The notes beneath the pieces are model-generated. The model ran no database searches. It was not told the origin of the DNA and worked only from the letters and a program-made list of their open reading frames with translations. The position numbers and the translations under genes were made by a program. From Mytilus trossulus (taxonomy: Eukaryota), in NCBI RefSeq assembly GCF_036588685.1, contig NC_086382.1:44601552-44665551 (forward strand): a stretch of DNA of 64,000 bases, in the 5' to 3' direction. Positions 47,656 to 62,900 of the stretch are shown here, piece after piece (position 1 is the stretch's first letter; every line of letters starts with the position of its first letter).

Positions 47656-50600
47656 AACTACATTATGACTGTTATAAAATTAGTTGTTATAATTTATAGA
47701 TTCACGCAATATTTCTGAGGATAAACTAGCTTCATCAGGTGCATGCATCAATCAAGGTGAGTTCGAATGATGATAAGAAATTTTTCCAACAATCGCACAT
47801 TTTCTTCAATTTTTGTAGCTTAATGTTCATGTTGTTCAAAAAGATTTAGTAAGTTGTTTAAGTTGTACGAAATCAAGATTGGCTTCTTTAGTGTTTCTAT
47901 CTTCATTTATTCGTTTAGTTCTGTAGTACTTCTAAAAAAGGTTTTTTTACTCACCCCCAGTTTTTGGTGTTCGTGTTATTTAGTATTTAGTTTTCTTTCC
48001 TTTTTTTTTTTGATTATACTTTTGTTGGTTTTTTTTTCTTTATAAGCCATGACATTATTCGTTTTATTTTGATTTATGAGTTCGTATGTTCCTCTGGTAT
48101 CTTTCGCCCCTAATTTACAAAATTGGCTTAATTTGTTAAGAATAGTTTGGTTTCTTTGTTTTTACAAACAAACCAGCCCAGCCTACTCTAAAATTCTCAA
48201 TAATCAAAAAATAACTCTTTATCTATTCTATGTCATTGACTAACATTATTTCGGTTTGTAAAGGATTTTTTTTTCTTTCAAATATTGCATTTTATTACTC
48301 TTTCTTCGAATCATATATCAGTCCATTGAAAGTTATATGTATGTACATATAAACATGTTAAAAAAATGACAAAATAAAAAAAATAACTCTCATAAATATT
48401 AAACTACAGACGCGCAAGTACGATACTTTCCAATTTGATCTAAACATGTTTGTTAATGTTCGTGTCTTTATCTCGTATAGTTAGTTAACAAAAGTACTGA
48501 CGCGTAGCAACTTGACCAATTTAAACAGAAATGAAATGAAAATTTAAATTCAAAAGAAAAAAATGTTTCCAGCCGTTACTCCTATTTACAATTTCAAAAA
48601 CGGTTATCTTTATACCAGGGATGGTAAGGATTACCCGAGTACTCGGGTACTCACTCGGAAGGCCAGGTACTCGAGTGCAGTTCTTGTCCATTCGTTTTTG
48701 ATGCGTTTTGTTTTTTTATTTTGCCATGTGATTATGGACTTTCCAAATTGATTTTCCTCTGAGTTCAGTATTTTTGTGATTTTACTTTTTAAGTCCTCGG
48801 ATACTCGTTTGCCTGTTGAGATAGTTCTCTTCACATTTGCACTTACTTGAGTTCTGTTAAAATATATCCTTCGTAATACTAAATTAAATCAATTAAGAAA
48901 ATAAATATGTTTATTCTAAGCCCTATGCAACAAATTAGAAACATTTTTAACGGTGTTTGTACATGAATCAACACTTTCATGGATTAATAATAAACTCATC
49001 ACAAGCCGTAAAAACTCTTTGTATGTTTTAAATCAAACTACTATGTAATCATGATTGATTTGAGATTTCCATTTAGCACGTTTAAATACATTTCATTTCT
49101 TTGTTCTTGAAACTAAGGCCACACCAATTTAATTTCTTGTTCTACGGATTTTTGGACTAAAATTTGGGGCGAGCGAGCGATTTGAAAATTTTAATAAAAA
49201 AAATATTTAATTTGAAAATTTTTGAGGCGAAGCTTGAGAAGTAAAGGCGAGCGATTATATTTTTTTTTTGTAAACATAAAATAGTAGGTTTTGACAGTAT
49301 CAAAACTTGATTTATCAATTGTTCTTTGACATTTCTTTAATTTCTGAACTATTCTTTCCCTGTTCACCAAGAAATAATTAAATCTGGTCCATGTATGTGT
49401 GACTTACAATAAGACAATTCTCCATCCAAGTCATAATCAGTTTGGGGGCAACCCCTCAATGTTATAAATATCCCTGTTACATGTTTTACGAGGGCTCAAT
49501 ATAAGTTATAATATATTTGTTGGTACAAAAGGGCTCATATTTTCTCAAAGAACTATATATCTATCTGGTATTAAATGGTCAAAACATGCCCAAGAATTTT
49601 TGTAATATTCCTGGACTTTAACAAGTTATTTACTTTTTACAGTTTAAAATATTTAAAATAAGTGGACCCCTCTTTTAGAAAAAAGTTGTTTAAGATATGA
49701 TGTAACTCTCCTCTGTTTGAGTTCAAAATTTTCAAAAAGTTTTCAAAGGTTTTGTATAGAAGAACTATACAAATCCTTGGTATTTTCTTTTCTTTTCTAC
49801 ATCAGTAGAATGACCCCTTGTCTGAGGGAGGGTTGTTCTCAACCTAATAATAATAAACACAGGTCAAAGTACGGCCTTTTACACAGGGCTTTGATACAGA
49901 CCAAACAACAAGTTAAAATGGATCCCAAAAATATTAGCATACACAATTCGAACAGGAAAACCAACGATCTAATTTATATATCCGAACGGGAAAATATCAA
50001 ATTATGAATCAAACAACATCAACAAACGATAACTGCTGAACGACAGGCCCCTGGATTAATCAGGACAGGTGCATAAACATGCTGCGGCTATGGATAGTTT
50101 TGTTTCGCCAGCATACAATATAATTGCAGTTGAAGGCAAATCCTTTAGAAGTTCTTTGTACTTTATTCTAACAACGAACATTTTTCGATAGGGAATATAA
50201 GTAAATAGAAAGAAACCTATTGAATGTTGATATCTTTTTATAATATTTACCCAAAAAAAAACGGTGCGGGAAATGGACATGATTACATTTCCGGATGCGG
50301 GAAGCGGGAATATAAAAAAAATAAAAAAATTCTGTTTTGAAAAAAATAGGTGCGGGCGGGTCCGTCGAACAAGGAATCAAATTGGTATGGCCTAAACTAT
50401 AAATTTTTAATTTACAATTGAGAGATAGGCGAAAGTACGAGAGCGACATTCAAACCCAAAATACGAAGATAAACCGACAACGTCATCACTGGATGAATAA
50501 GAAAATCAGACAAACAAAAGTGCCAAAAAAAAAACACACTGAAAAGGTTATACTGAGCAACACGAATACGCACAATGATTTGAGGTCAAATAGTGTTGTT

Positions 50601-53600
50601 GACAAATAAATGGACAAGTCGTATTAAAATAATATCAACTCCTCAGGAACAGATGAAACATATATTGTCTACTTTGTTGGAATAATAGCAAAAACACTGC
50701 ATCCCACCTAAAATCTAAACTTTCAATAGAGATTTAAGATTAATTCGAGTACTCGTGAGTACTCGAGTATGATGACCTAGTATCCGAGTATCAAATTACA
50801 TATCTTTTGACATCCCTTTTATTCAGCGTAATTAAAAAAATGTAATTTTCGTAAATTATTTGAAAGGTATGTTAAATGACCATCCTGTTGTACTTGTATG
50901 CATAGTGTTCCACTAAGACAATCAAATAAATAAACGTCTATCCTCATAGATCTTAACTTACATCATGGATTGCCTTATGAGTGAGCTATTAATGTTGCTG
51001 CACTGTCCACAATCGCCAAGTTTGTTTGTGTAAAATACTCCAAATAAAACATATATTTTGCTGTTTGCTGGTATCGAATTGTTATTACTAGAATGCTTTT
51101 GAAACTTTTGAAACCGAACACTGTTATATATGGGGCTGTCTTCTCAAATGAGTTTCTTTGGCCTTAAGGTCAATGTTAAAGGTCAATGAAAAACTCCTTT
51201 TCACAACGCCAACGAATGTACGTGTTAGAGTTCTGTGGACTTTTTAATGGAGTTGTATCCCCTTAGATATTTAAAAAAAATTATTTGGTTCCTAACCGTA
51301 CATATAGGCTTAATGTGTTCTATTTTGAGATCCTCGATTTTTTACCCTGAAACTAAGGGTAAGGTGAGATTTTGACTTTTAATAGAATTTTATACTCGTA
51401 GCTGATGAAGCCATTTTGTCTTTACTATCAGTATTAGCATGAAAATGTATAACACGAAGTAACTGTGTTTAAGTTTGACAGACAATTTAGTCCAATGGCA
51501 TGTAAAAGAAAACACAAACAATATGGTTTTTTTCGCATCGATTAAAATAGGTTTTCATTTGAGATCGGATTTAGAAAAGTGTTCGCCGTAAGTAGCAAAT
51601 AATTTCCCTCATTTCAAATAAAAATTCATTGAAACCATATACTTTTTTTAAATCAGTCAAAAATAAGTTTACAATGGAATGGCTTTTGATACCGAAAGTA
51701 GCGGATCATCTCTCTTGCTTCAAGGAATTATAAATACACTCGAACTTTTTTTTTTATTCAAGTGAAGTTATTGCATATTTATGTAGACCAAATTATAAGC
51801 CTGGTTGGTATCTTTGACGAGATGTTTTTAATATTTTTTTTATAAATTCAAACTCGGTATCGCAAATTATACCTTATGTCTCCCTAAAACAATATATTTT
51901 TAAATAGGTTGGTCAATTTTGTTTATAAACAGAATTCTTCTAATCTGTCTTAAACTAGGATTATTTGTTTGAAGGGTACACAATGTCGATGTGTAATTGA
52001 GTGTACTCTTACAAATGCGTTCTTTATATTCCAAAATAGGATTCATTCATAGCGATACAGCAGACCACTTTCACGCTTAATCTAAAGCTATGTTTTGATT
52101 GCTCAAATAAAAGATATGCGTAATTTAAATGGAGGTTTGTGGGAAAATAGACCTACTTAAGTTAATTACAATATAACTGTTTATTGGGACACCTTTAATT
52201 TTGTATCCATTTGACAATTTTCGTTATTTCTTGATAAATATTTACTTTGCAATCCTTCAAAGTTTTGAATAAACACAAAAGCTTACCACAATCTGTTCTC
52301 ATAATATTTTTTTTCTTTTCGTTCTTAAGTATTTAGCATTTCTGTTAACATTCGTAATACCTTGATGCAATGGTCTATTTGTATCTATGTTATATATATA
52401 TTGTTTTGTATTTTCTCTCATACTATTTTTAGTATACTGTCATTTATGTTACCTTAAGTAGCCTACCATGTCATGAACTAATGTTTGAATGTGTTTTATT
52501 ATAAGCTTTGACAATTTTGACTGATCAGCAATTTTATCATAATACTATGTAAATCTGTATAAATATATTTTTTCACAAACTCATCCTTCCATTATTTTAT
52601 AAAGATATATTTCATCCTCATTCCTTAATAAATCTAAACACTATATGTTAGTAATTTTGAGGAATTGAGCCGCATCAAGGTCCAGAATTATGTTATACAA
52701 AAGGAAAATAGCATAATACAGTTAAACGCCTGTAATTTACGTCCAAAGTTAGATCTCATTAACACAAATATACATAAGTCGGATATTATTTGTATATAAT
52801 TATCTCATCATAACAAGTAAAATAATTTCCTTTACAAAAATAAATTATATATCCTTGTTTCGAAATTTCCAATATGGAACATATATTACAGCATTTTAGT
52901 AATACACCATTATTCGACACGTTTCGGTCACTGGCCTTCTTCAGTTTTTTTATGTTTCTTCTTAACTACATGGTAGACATTTTTCCTTTCACAATCAATA
53001 AATTATATGTGTTTCAAAAACATGTAATGTACAATACTTGTATATTGAATGTACAATGTAACAGCAGTTTACTGATGTTCATATCCGATAAATCAAATTA
53101 GAATATAAAAATTCAAATTTAGAAAAAAGAAAAAAGGAAGGAAACAAGAAACAAAAATATTGTCAACAGAGCAAAAAATCTCCGGATATGCAACCACCGT
53201 CGAAAGAAGGCACACTCAGTCAAAATGTAACAATCCACTATAAACTTGTTTACTTCTGAAAGGGTAGCCGTAAAACCTACACTGAACTGTGTTTTTTCTT
53301 TTTGCACCATTCTAAACAAGTCGATATTTTATTTGAAATCACTGTTTTTGTACAGATATTGCCAGAGAAAAGAGTTGACGGTACTTGGTTTTATGGCTAT
53401 CTGAAACTCTTGCTTATATATCATTTCTTTAAAGTTCAGTTATATAAACGAAATTAAGTCAACAGACATAACAGGTTAATAATTTTATCCAGTAAATGTA
53501 GTACACAAAGTGTAACTGAGTGTGTAATAAAAGCTTTTAATTTTTTGGTGAAAACTTATAAAAAAAAACTTTTAAAGATGAAATGGATTTGAATAAGTAA

Positions 53601-53859
53601 AAAACGACAACAAATGAGTTTAAACGGTTAAAAATATGACAGAAAGAAATATTTTAAGCATTGATATTAAACATTTTATATGTCAAGGAAAATTACTTAT
53701 TAAAAAAACTTGTCCATTAAAATTTGCTAATGTATATTGTAAATTAGGTTCTGATAAAATCATTAGATACATGTCATAGATAGGATTTAATGATAGAAGA
53801 TGAATAAATTAGAAATGATTAAAAAAAAAAGAAATGTCATCCCTCATATTTTTATATTT

Positions 53860-54700
53860 ACCGAACTCCAAGGAAAATTCAAAACCGGAAAGTTCTTCAT
53901 CGAATGGTAAAGTCAAAAGCTCAAATACATCAATAGTTATCAAAAGTACCAGGATTATATAAACGTATCAAATGAATCGAAAACAGCTGTCATATTTTGG
54001 ATTGGTACATGCTTTTCCTTGTAGGAAATTATGGCTTAGCTAGCTAAACCTCTTACTTGTATGACAGTCGCAAATTTGCATTATTTTAACAGCAATGTGT
54101 AAGCAAAATAAACAGACATAATTGGTAAAATTGTAAAAATATGGGGTACACAAGTCAACACTGCGTTATAATATTAATAACTATAAAACAAATAACTATT
54201 TCAACAAAAAAAGATAAAATGGCATATTCACTCTATAAATAAGTACATAAGCAAACTTGAAAGACAAGAATATAAAAAAATGACTATAGCATAATAAAAA
54301 AATGACTAATGTATAAATACCGAGCCACGCAAAAGGAATATTACCATAACTGGACAAAACAGTAAAAGGTTAAAAAATATACAAAGACAATTTAAAACAC
54401 TATAACACGTAATATAAGTACATATAATCTTTACTTCAAGATCATAATGTATTATTTTATAAGTTAATACGGAATATTCATGAAAAACAGGTTTGGTATC
54501 TTCCGATGATCGTGTTTAAAAAAAGGACGAGACGTTCTTTGACACAACTCTATGTCATCAATTTTCTGCCTGAACAGTGATGGCGTTTTAGTAGCTGCAA
54601 GTTCTCAGATACCGAATAAACGATTAAATGTATATCAGATGGAATTGTAATAGTAAGATGGGGGAAATTAATAGTTTCAAATTAAATATTGTCTCGTTGT
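53860..54700 (+). mobile_element. long form of repeat family 4
   Basis: It is homologous to 9095-9900 and includes gctagctaaacctct.acttgtatgacagtcgca. Confidence 0.5.
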
Positions 54701-56801
54701 CATACATTCTGATACTAAGATGTCAGTTGGTGTCAAGACAATAACAATCAAAACCAAGAAGTAAACAAAGACTCGTAAAACCAAAAGACATTTACATGAA
54801 CAGTTATAAATAATAAATAAGAAACAACAAGAACTCCACTAAAAACCGGGAGTGAAATCAGGTGCTCCGGAAGGGTAATCATTTCCAGTCAAATTTGAGT
54901 TATATATTAGTCTAAAAATGAGGCGGAGTAGGCATGACAAGTTCAAACTACGATGTTTAAAACAAAGCACTGCGGTAGTTATAATATATAGGAAAAGATC
55001 ACCTCAGCTGTATGCAAAACTTTTAGGAATTTTTGGTCCTCAATGCTCTTCAACTTCGTACTTTATTTGGCCTATTCAAATTTTTTTATTCGAGCGTCCC
55101 TCTTTTGTAGAAAAAGCGCGTGTCTGACGTAAATATAAAATTTCAATCCGGGTATCTATGATGAGTTTATATATAAACTTTGTTTGAATTTTGGTTCAAT
55201 TATAAAAATCTTCGGTTTTAAACATCTTGTGTCTTGCCCTCAGCTGTAAACCCATAATTCTTTGGCACCACCTGCACTGTGTCCAGTACCCAAGTCCACG
55301 TAATCTACTAGACGCGTTCGTAAGTTAGAAAAGCCGATATTCGTCGTCTTCTGTAGTTGCAAGTCACTGCATGATTTTGATAGCATACTTTGCAAATATA
55401 TGTTTTATCTGTCGTCAAGAATATACGTATCACTGCTCCTTGTTCTCTCATTGCGTGCATTTATGCTTACATGAAATAATATCATGGTTTTAACAAATAA
55501 TAATGACAAATCAAACAAAATAGACAATAATTTGGATATCATTTATTAATGCAAGAGATGATGTACAAAATTGATGAACATTATTTTATCGAAATGTACT
55601 TTAAATGTAGGCACCCATCGAATAATACACTTTTGGACTGAACCTGTTCTTACAGATTTTTCTACGACTGTATACTATTGTTAAGAAAACTATTTCTAGT
55701 CTTTTTTCTGCTTCCTCTCTAACCACTTGTCGATTTCCATACTTGAATTAACACAACAGTACATGATAAACAAGTTTGTTAACAACGACTTCATCGAACC
55801 TGTAATGAAGACAGTTTGTTTTAGACAAAGACGTTGCTACCTACAACCTTCCTGCCCCCCTCCCGCAAAAAAGAGACAAAACTAAGAATTACTGGTATTA
55901 CCCTCACAATGAAAACGAATGTCGGATCTGAGGAATAAAACGTATTAAAAATATATAATATACTATGGTTTTAAATCAAAACTTATTCCCAGACCTTGAC
56001 ATTGGTTTAATTAACAATACAAAAATAGAAAAAGAAAGGGCGTTTTATAATGGCAAATATGTCATAATATAATTTGATACAGTAAGTTTTAAGATTGCCT
56101 TACACAGAAGGTACAAAAAGAAACACACACCACAAATAAAATTAAAGGCGTTTTATCAAGGACAGGTAAACGATTGAAAAGAAAGAACGAAAAAACAAAA
56201 ACGAAGTTGAATTTGTTTATAGGCATTAAAGCTGAACAAACTACGATTCCACATGTGGAACATGATCTATTCACCCTTCCGGAGCACCTGAGATCACCCC
56301 AAGTTTTTGATGGGGTTTGTGTTGCTTAGTCTTTAGTTTTCTATGTTGTTTCTTGTGTGCTATTATTTGGCTGTTTGTCTTTTTCTTTTTTAGCAATGAT
56401 GTTGTCAGTCTATTTTCTATCTATAAGTTTAAGTGCCTGTCCTTATGGTATCTTTTGTCCCATTTTCATTGACTGCATTCTAACGTTCAATTCATAACTT
56501 TTAAGTGATAAAGTTGAAAGTAAAAAAAATAATTGTTGTCGTTAATGGATCGTGATCGTTGTTATTCTTCGGTTTAAATGTACATGTTACTAAATTGTAC
56601 TATAGTTTTGTTTATTTGTTCGTTTCTCTGTAGTGAGTGTTCAAGATTGTGTTTGCTTGTACTATCATAATCCTGTCACGTAGTGTTGTCATAAAAGCGA
56701 TGAATTGTAATTGTAAAAAACAATCTTTCTCTGGTTATTTAGCGAACTTTGTAAACTTTTCATATTCGTTAGTTTTAAGTTTAAAAGTATTTGAAGCTTA
56801 C

Positions 56802-56907
56802 CTTTTACAATAATTGTCTGATAATAAATGTTTCCTATACTGCTCCCTCCAACAAAACAGAAAGTAGATAAGATTGACATGATAGCTATCGGCGCTGCAA
56901 CAAAGCA
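56802..56907 (-). CDS. HHAT: HHAT-like penultimate exon: CFVAAPIAIMSILSTFCFVGGSSIGNIYYQTIIVK(G)
   Basis: The donor is AAAAG|gtaagc, which is strong. The acceptor atacag|TGC was chosen for phase consistency. An alternative acceptor at 56894 (ttgttgcag) would need a different upstream donor. Confidence 0.5.
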
Positions 56908-59900
56908 CTGTATTCTTCTGTAGACAGCGGGCATTGACGTTTTCTAAAAATTGATAAAATGATTTTCAAATTTGCATTGCTGCGTGTTTGTATCGAGCTA
57001 ATTAGTGTTCTTAAAATAATCAAATCAAGGATTAATCATAACTTTGCATATTCTTCGTTTACAAACTTTTTATTGGCTTTGAAACTGGAAAGTTTTCATT
57101 TCTATGGTCTGCAACTTTCTGGGTAGATTTCGTGTAGTAATTTTCAGATGATTATATCTTTAATATTGTCAAACGCCTTCTCCTCTACAAATGTCTTTAA
57201 AAAAACTTTAACAATGATTGTTCATTATCAAAAAAAAAAAAAATCTACCTTCAATTTTCAATTTCAATCTCAATCTATAAAAAAACAAAAATGATAGGGT
57301 TGAAGTATAAGGACGGAATTAAGAACTTACAAAGTGAAACACAGCAGTGTGTTTATTGACCCAATTACCAAACACTTCGAGTGAGATACCAATAAAGTTA
57401 AGTAATGTCCAAATAAATATGTAGTACTCTGTGCCGTGCCAAATGAATACAAATATAAAACAGGATGCTGAACACACTAGTCTTTGTAAAGTATTTCCTT
57501 TTGAGCCTCCAAGAGGTACATAAATATATCTGTAATAATGAGTTAAATGATCTTATTTAAGTGTACGTACGCTTTAAAATATTTTCGTGGAACTCCGAGG
57601 TACAAATATTTATTTGTTATAATAACACTTTATTTTAGAGAAAACCTTTCCGCCTTGCTATTTAAACTATACTCCGGCGACTTTTGCAGATAGTTACATA
57701 ATATAGTTTTTCTCAGAGTTTGAGATCGCGTACGGTGACATATAGTTGCTTAAATCCATGTCATTTGAACTCAGCTGGTTAGTTTTCTCAATTGCAATCA
57801 TCATGATCGTACCGCATATTCTTATTTTATACCACTCAGAGTTCTATCCATCCTAAACTAAAATTGTCGCTACAAAATAGTAGACATCATGGACGTGACA
57901 TCATTGGTCGGTCGATGATTATTGAATTGTATCCAAAGTAATGGTAGATTTATTTTCAGTGCTTTTTGTCATTTTAAACATTACCTTATTAGGCAAATTA
58001 TCGGATATGACCATCTACCAAAATGTTCTCATGCAGAGATTGATACGCTAATATTTGTAAGCAATTAAAGTTGATTTTGACAGGATTATACATTGCTTAA
58101 AGCTCGTGTGTGCTGTTTTTGATATAGCTTTGAGTGCATCTGTTTTTGTTGGTCCATGCAACTGTCTCAATGATTTTGCTTTGTCACAATTGTTTAATGT
58201 AAAGAGGTAGAGCCAATTTGCCGGCAATATGTTTCATTCGATAAGATAGGTAAATCATGTTTTAAATAGCCCGATAGATGCTAATTATAGTACATGAAAA
58301 TACGTCACATCATCTATTTTCATACCTTGAACAGGTATTCCTACAAGGACAAGACTATTGATTTTTTAATATTGATTTTATTCTATTGTTAACATCCTTT
58401 ATGCAAAGTGCGATACTACGTAACTTGGCAAGGAGCCAAATAATATCGAACAAATTCAAATCGTGATTTTATCATTCTGAATATATGTATATCTGTGTTT
58501 GTCCTGTTTTTTTAAGGTTTTATCGTCTATAAGATAAGATAAGATAATACATGTATATATTTTAACCGGAGAACATCTTACATCAGTTGGTCATAGATCA
58601 CCCTGTTTTACTAGCACATTTTATATTGCCTTTTCTGTCATTTTAACAAATCGGTCCTTCGTTGTTATACAGATACAACAGCTTCGTGCTGTTTTACATA
58701 AAATCATGATTTGTAGTGTAACTGATTTGTTCTGTTGCGATGTTTTATTTTCTGATGACTTAGTTACCGGTGTAGGGACGGTGGTAAAAATTTCAGTACT
58801 AGTAACTAAACAGTTTGTGAATTTGCGACAAAATTGTTGTTGACTGCATTTATTACATATAATACCATTTTCAAAAAAGGTTTCGAAAAATTGTTTTTTG
58901 TTGTTTTGAAACTTGTATACAATGGCCTTATTTTAAGTTATGTGTATATGACACCCCCTACATTTAGGTTTCATTTCTATAGAATTAATTCTCGTGTTAT
59001 TGGTTATGTACAGTCACCTACATCAGTTTGACGGCAGTTGTCCCTTAAATATATCTAATAAATGTAAACACATGAATAGAAAGTAAGTGAAGAGTATGGA
59101 CAGTCATAGGATTACACACAATAAGCGATACATTATTTTTTCTTTGATACATGTAAACTGATAAACTAGTAAATTATATAGTCAAAATGAACCAGAATGA
59201 CTCTATGAATTAAGCAAACATCCGAAAAATATGATAAAAACATTAAAATTTAATATAACAACACAAAAAATGCTAAAAATTCTGAGCGAGATTCGAAACC
59301 CTTTGTTCAAAACCATCATGTATTAGTAGTTCTGTGCTCTACTGATGGAGCTACCGCGATGCTTATTATTATGTCTCTTATTTGGAAGCTATATCGGTAC
59401 AATTTATCGATGTTGCATTTTTTTTCTTTAAAAAGTTGTTTTTTATGTAATAAGGACACACTAAACTAATTTCATTTTTGAGGGAAAAGGTAGCATGAAT
59501 AACAAGAGTCATAAAAAGCATAACTTTTTTTTGGTTTGAAATGTCATTCTGGGGGGGTTCCCTGTTTTTTCCACCTAAAACACCCGAAAAGCCGCATACT
59601 GGACTTTCATCCTTTTTTAGGGTTAAATTAACTATCGATCACACATATCATAAGATATGTAAATCGAGATATTGATCAAAAAGCATTTTTCCTTTTTGTT
59701 TTTATAGTAAATTCTATTCTGTCGGCACTTTTTGAAATTGGCCCTTCTGTGAAAAAAATCCTCGGCATATTGGCCCTACCTCTTTCATTTTTCCGTTTTC
59801 CAGTTTTAGAATGCGCATACCCAAAATATAATTCAATGAAGAAAACAATATGTAAAAATTATCCTACCAACCTTTTGATAAAATTGTACATTCCTCTGTC

Positions 59901-62900
59901 AAAGCACCTACAAATACAAAAGTTATTGCCTAAAATAAATTTAAATATTCTGGTAAAATCCAAATCAATACATAAAAGTTGCTGCGCGAAACGAATTTTA
60001 TCTAAGCTATATCCACTTTAATAAAAAAAAAACGGTTTCTTTTGTTTTTTCTTTGAAATACAAATATATAATATCATTTTGATTCTATGCTGTTTTCTGT
60101 GGTTTATTTCCTTAATGGGTGTGATCATAATCACTACTTTATAAAATTGGTCCTGGAATTATTTTATTCAAATTACTTTTCTTCATTTTGATGAATTGAA
60201 ACATGTTCCTTTTTGCCCCCGTTAGCGGATTTAGGTCTGTAGAGTAAACTTATTACTTTTGTAGAAATAGAATGAAAAAGTAATAAGGGATGATTGTTTT
60301 ACAGTTTTGTATCCTAATAACCTGTTTTACAAGTCTTATTCTCTGAGGTCTTATTACCGGAATGTAGAAAATAGTTGTCTTAAATCTTGGATAAAACAAA
60401 CGATGAAGCTTCTTACTCTTTCCCATTCTTTTAATTAATCAATCAATTTGTTTAAAAGTTGGTGCAAGATATAAATAACCAGCCGATGGATACAAAAACG
60501 GATTATATTCAAGTGTTGAATTAATCTCATCCCCCAAAAATATAAAGGCTAATTTCTTACTTCCACATATCAGAGTATTTGTAAATATGCCCTACATAAT
60601 TAGGTCCTTCTGGTGGAACAATACCGCAAATCCTGGCCACTACAGATGGCAGACCAAATAACACCCAGTATTTTATCATAAAGAAATGGCTTTGACAATA
60701 TCCAATTCCCCATAAAGTCCATTGGTCAATGTTTTCTAGAGTAGACACATTATGTTGAAATGCATTGACATATAAGAAATGAAGAATGAATTCAATGAAA
60801 AATGTCCAGAATATCACCCTTATTGCTCGGAATGCTATAGATTTCAGTTCCGATGCTTTTAAAGTTTTCTTTTCGGATTCGTTCATCTAAAAATAGAATA
60901 TATTGTTAATATTTGCTATTTTTGTGGATTTTGCCATTTAATTTACACAAAAAATAGCGCTCTTTGTTTGGGTAAACACTTCCCAAAGACACATATCGTA
61001 CTTTGATGGAGAGTTGTCTCGTTGGCACTCATACCACATCTTCCTATATCTGCATAATGAATGTAAAGGCATAATGTACGAACCATACTAGACAGATACA
61101 TGAAAAAAATTATACCTAGAAATGTAAATACACCAAGAGTCCTCAACCCTGACTTTTATTTAGAACTGTACCAGGCTTTGTCCAAGTCATTGTAATTGTT
61201 TACTGTCATGTATACATTGTAATTGTTTATTGCCCTATATAAATTGTAATTGTTTAATGCCATACATAAATTGCAATTGTTTACTGCTTTACATACATTG
61301 TAATTGTTTAATGCCATGCAAACATTGCAATGGTTGTCGTTTAATTTTAGCTTACATTAATCTTTTGTAGGCTCTTATGATTATTACACCCTTATGTTAT
61401 CTTTGGCTCAGCCTCTTTACAACTCCCATAACGGTTTGCTCATTGTTGAAGTCCTTACAGTGATCTGTAGTTCTTAAGATCCTTGTCCAATGGGTTTTGG
61501 TGGATAGGTTGTCTCTCATTTGGCGATCCTACCACATCTTCATTATTTCAAATAGAGTTGCAACGTGGCATTTGTAATTAACTCTTTTTTTCATATTAAT
61601 AAACATGCAAACTTAACGACATATTATATTACAAATAAATCATACCTGTTTTGAAAAATCATCATAGGTAATAATTGGTCCAGTGAAAAACAAAGGATAG
61701 TAAAAACAATAACTAAATGCATCCAACAAAGAAAAGTGAACCTCCTCTTTTTGTTTCATTTCTTCGTCAGTTTTTCTTGTAGGACAGGCACTTTCGTTTT
61801 GTTTTGTTTTAGCGCTTTGCTGTAGAGGAGCTTTGCAAACTACATATTGTTTAATTGAGGAAGAAAACTCCACTCGCTCCAGACAAAAACTTGTATAACG
61901 TAGATGTGTAAGCGATAATGTAGCCATTAAGGCGTAGTATGAGTTCCTTCTTGAGTCCTCAGGGGTCAATGAATTCTACAAAATATGGCAATCATTACTT
62001 AACTGGCGTTTTTTTCAAATTAACGGGTAAACTTTGAATGCTCACTATGGAAGAAATAAAGTATCATTTATAAAGAATGTTACATGTGTTACTTGCAACA
62101 ACTTCTGCAATGGGCAATATAAATTTACGGATGCTACTTAATCTTATAAATCGGTTTGTTATTGAATTTATAACCAGCAGCATTCTTAAAACATCTAACA
62201 AAACTAGTTTTTTTTTATATATAAATTTGAAATTGATGTCATACAGATTTTTTTTTGTAATTCAATGAATATCTTATACCTCGTTCACACGTACCTTTAA
62301 TTCGAATCGAGTTCGCTACTAGCGTTCACACACTCTTCTTTTTTAATTCGAATTGATTCGAAATGGCTAATTTAAATTAACTAATTCGCATTAGAAATCC
62401 GTTTTGACAATCTAATACCTTCGTTAGTCGGTGTATTGTGTTTTCTGTGTTGCTTTATTTCACAATCACAATCTTTAACATTGTTTAATACTAATAAGTA
62501 TATAATAAAGAAATTTCAATCGTTTTTAATCCCCCCTCTCTGTTACTTACCATCCATGTAACACAAGTTGGTATATTTAACGTTGAGATGAGAGCGATGG
62601 ACAGTATCCACACCAAAGACTTAGACTGGAGTAAACAGACTAGATACATTACAGTACAATGTACAACTTGTAATAGCATTGTCTTCCATCCTAGCAGGTA
62701 TATCAATAGTATCAAAGAAAACGAAAGACACACCATTTTTCTGTAAATCTGTAAATGTTAAATAGAGAAGTAGTAGTAGTAGTATTGTCAATAACCTTAG
62801 AAAAATGTTCTCTTTCAATGGACAATGAGTTAAATACATTGCTTAGATTTAAAAGGTTACACAAAACAAAACGAAAGATACCAAAGGGACATTCAAACTC

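Noticed and set aside
56089-56300. Hydrophobic minus-strand ORF (..TPLILFVVCVSFCTFCV..) considered as the missing last TM exon of the HHAT-like gene
   Set aside because: It has no convincing similarity to the HHAT C-terminus (..[22 protein letters not shown]..), and no acceptor in the required phase was found. The segment also overlaps a repeat motif seen at 54850 and 33790 (ccggagcacctga).
57540-57610. Upstream extension of the 57.4-kb HHAT-like exon reading ..DHLTHYYRYIYVPLGG
   Set aside because: It is open for only 9 codons before an in-frame TAA. No acceptor in the needed phase exists other than ttattacag at 57530-57538.
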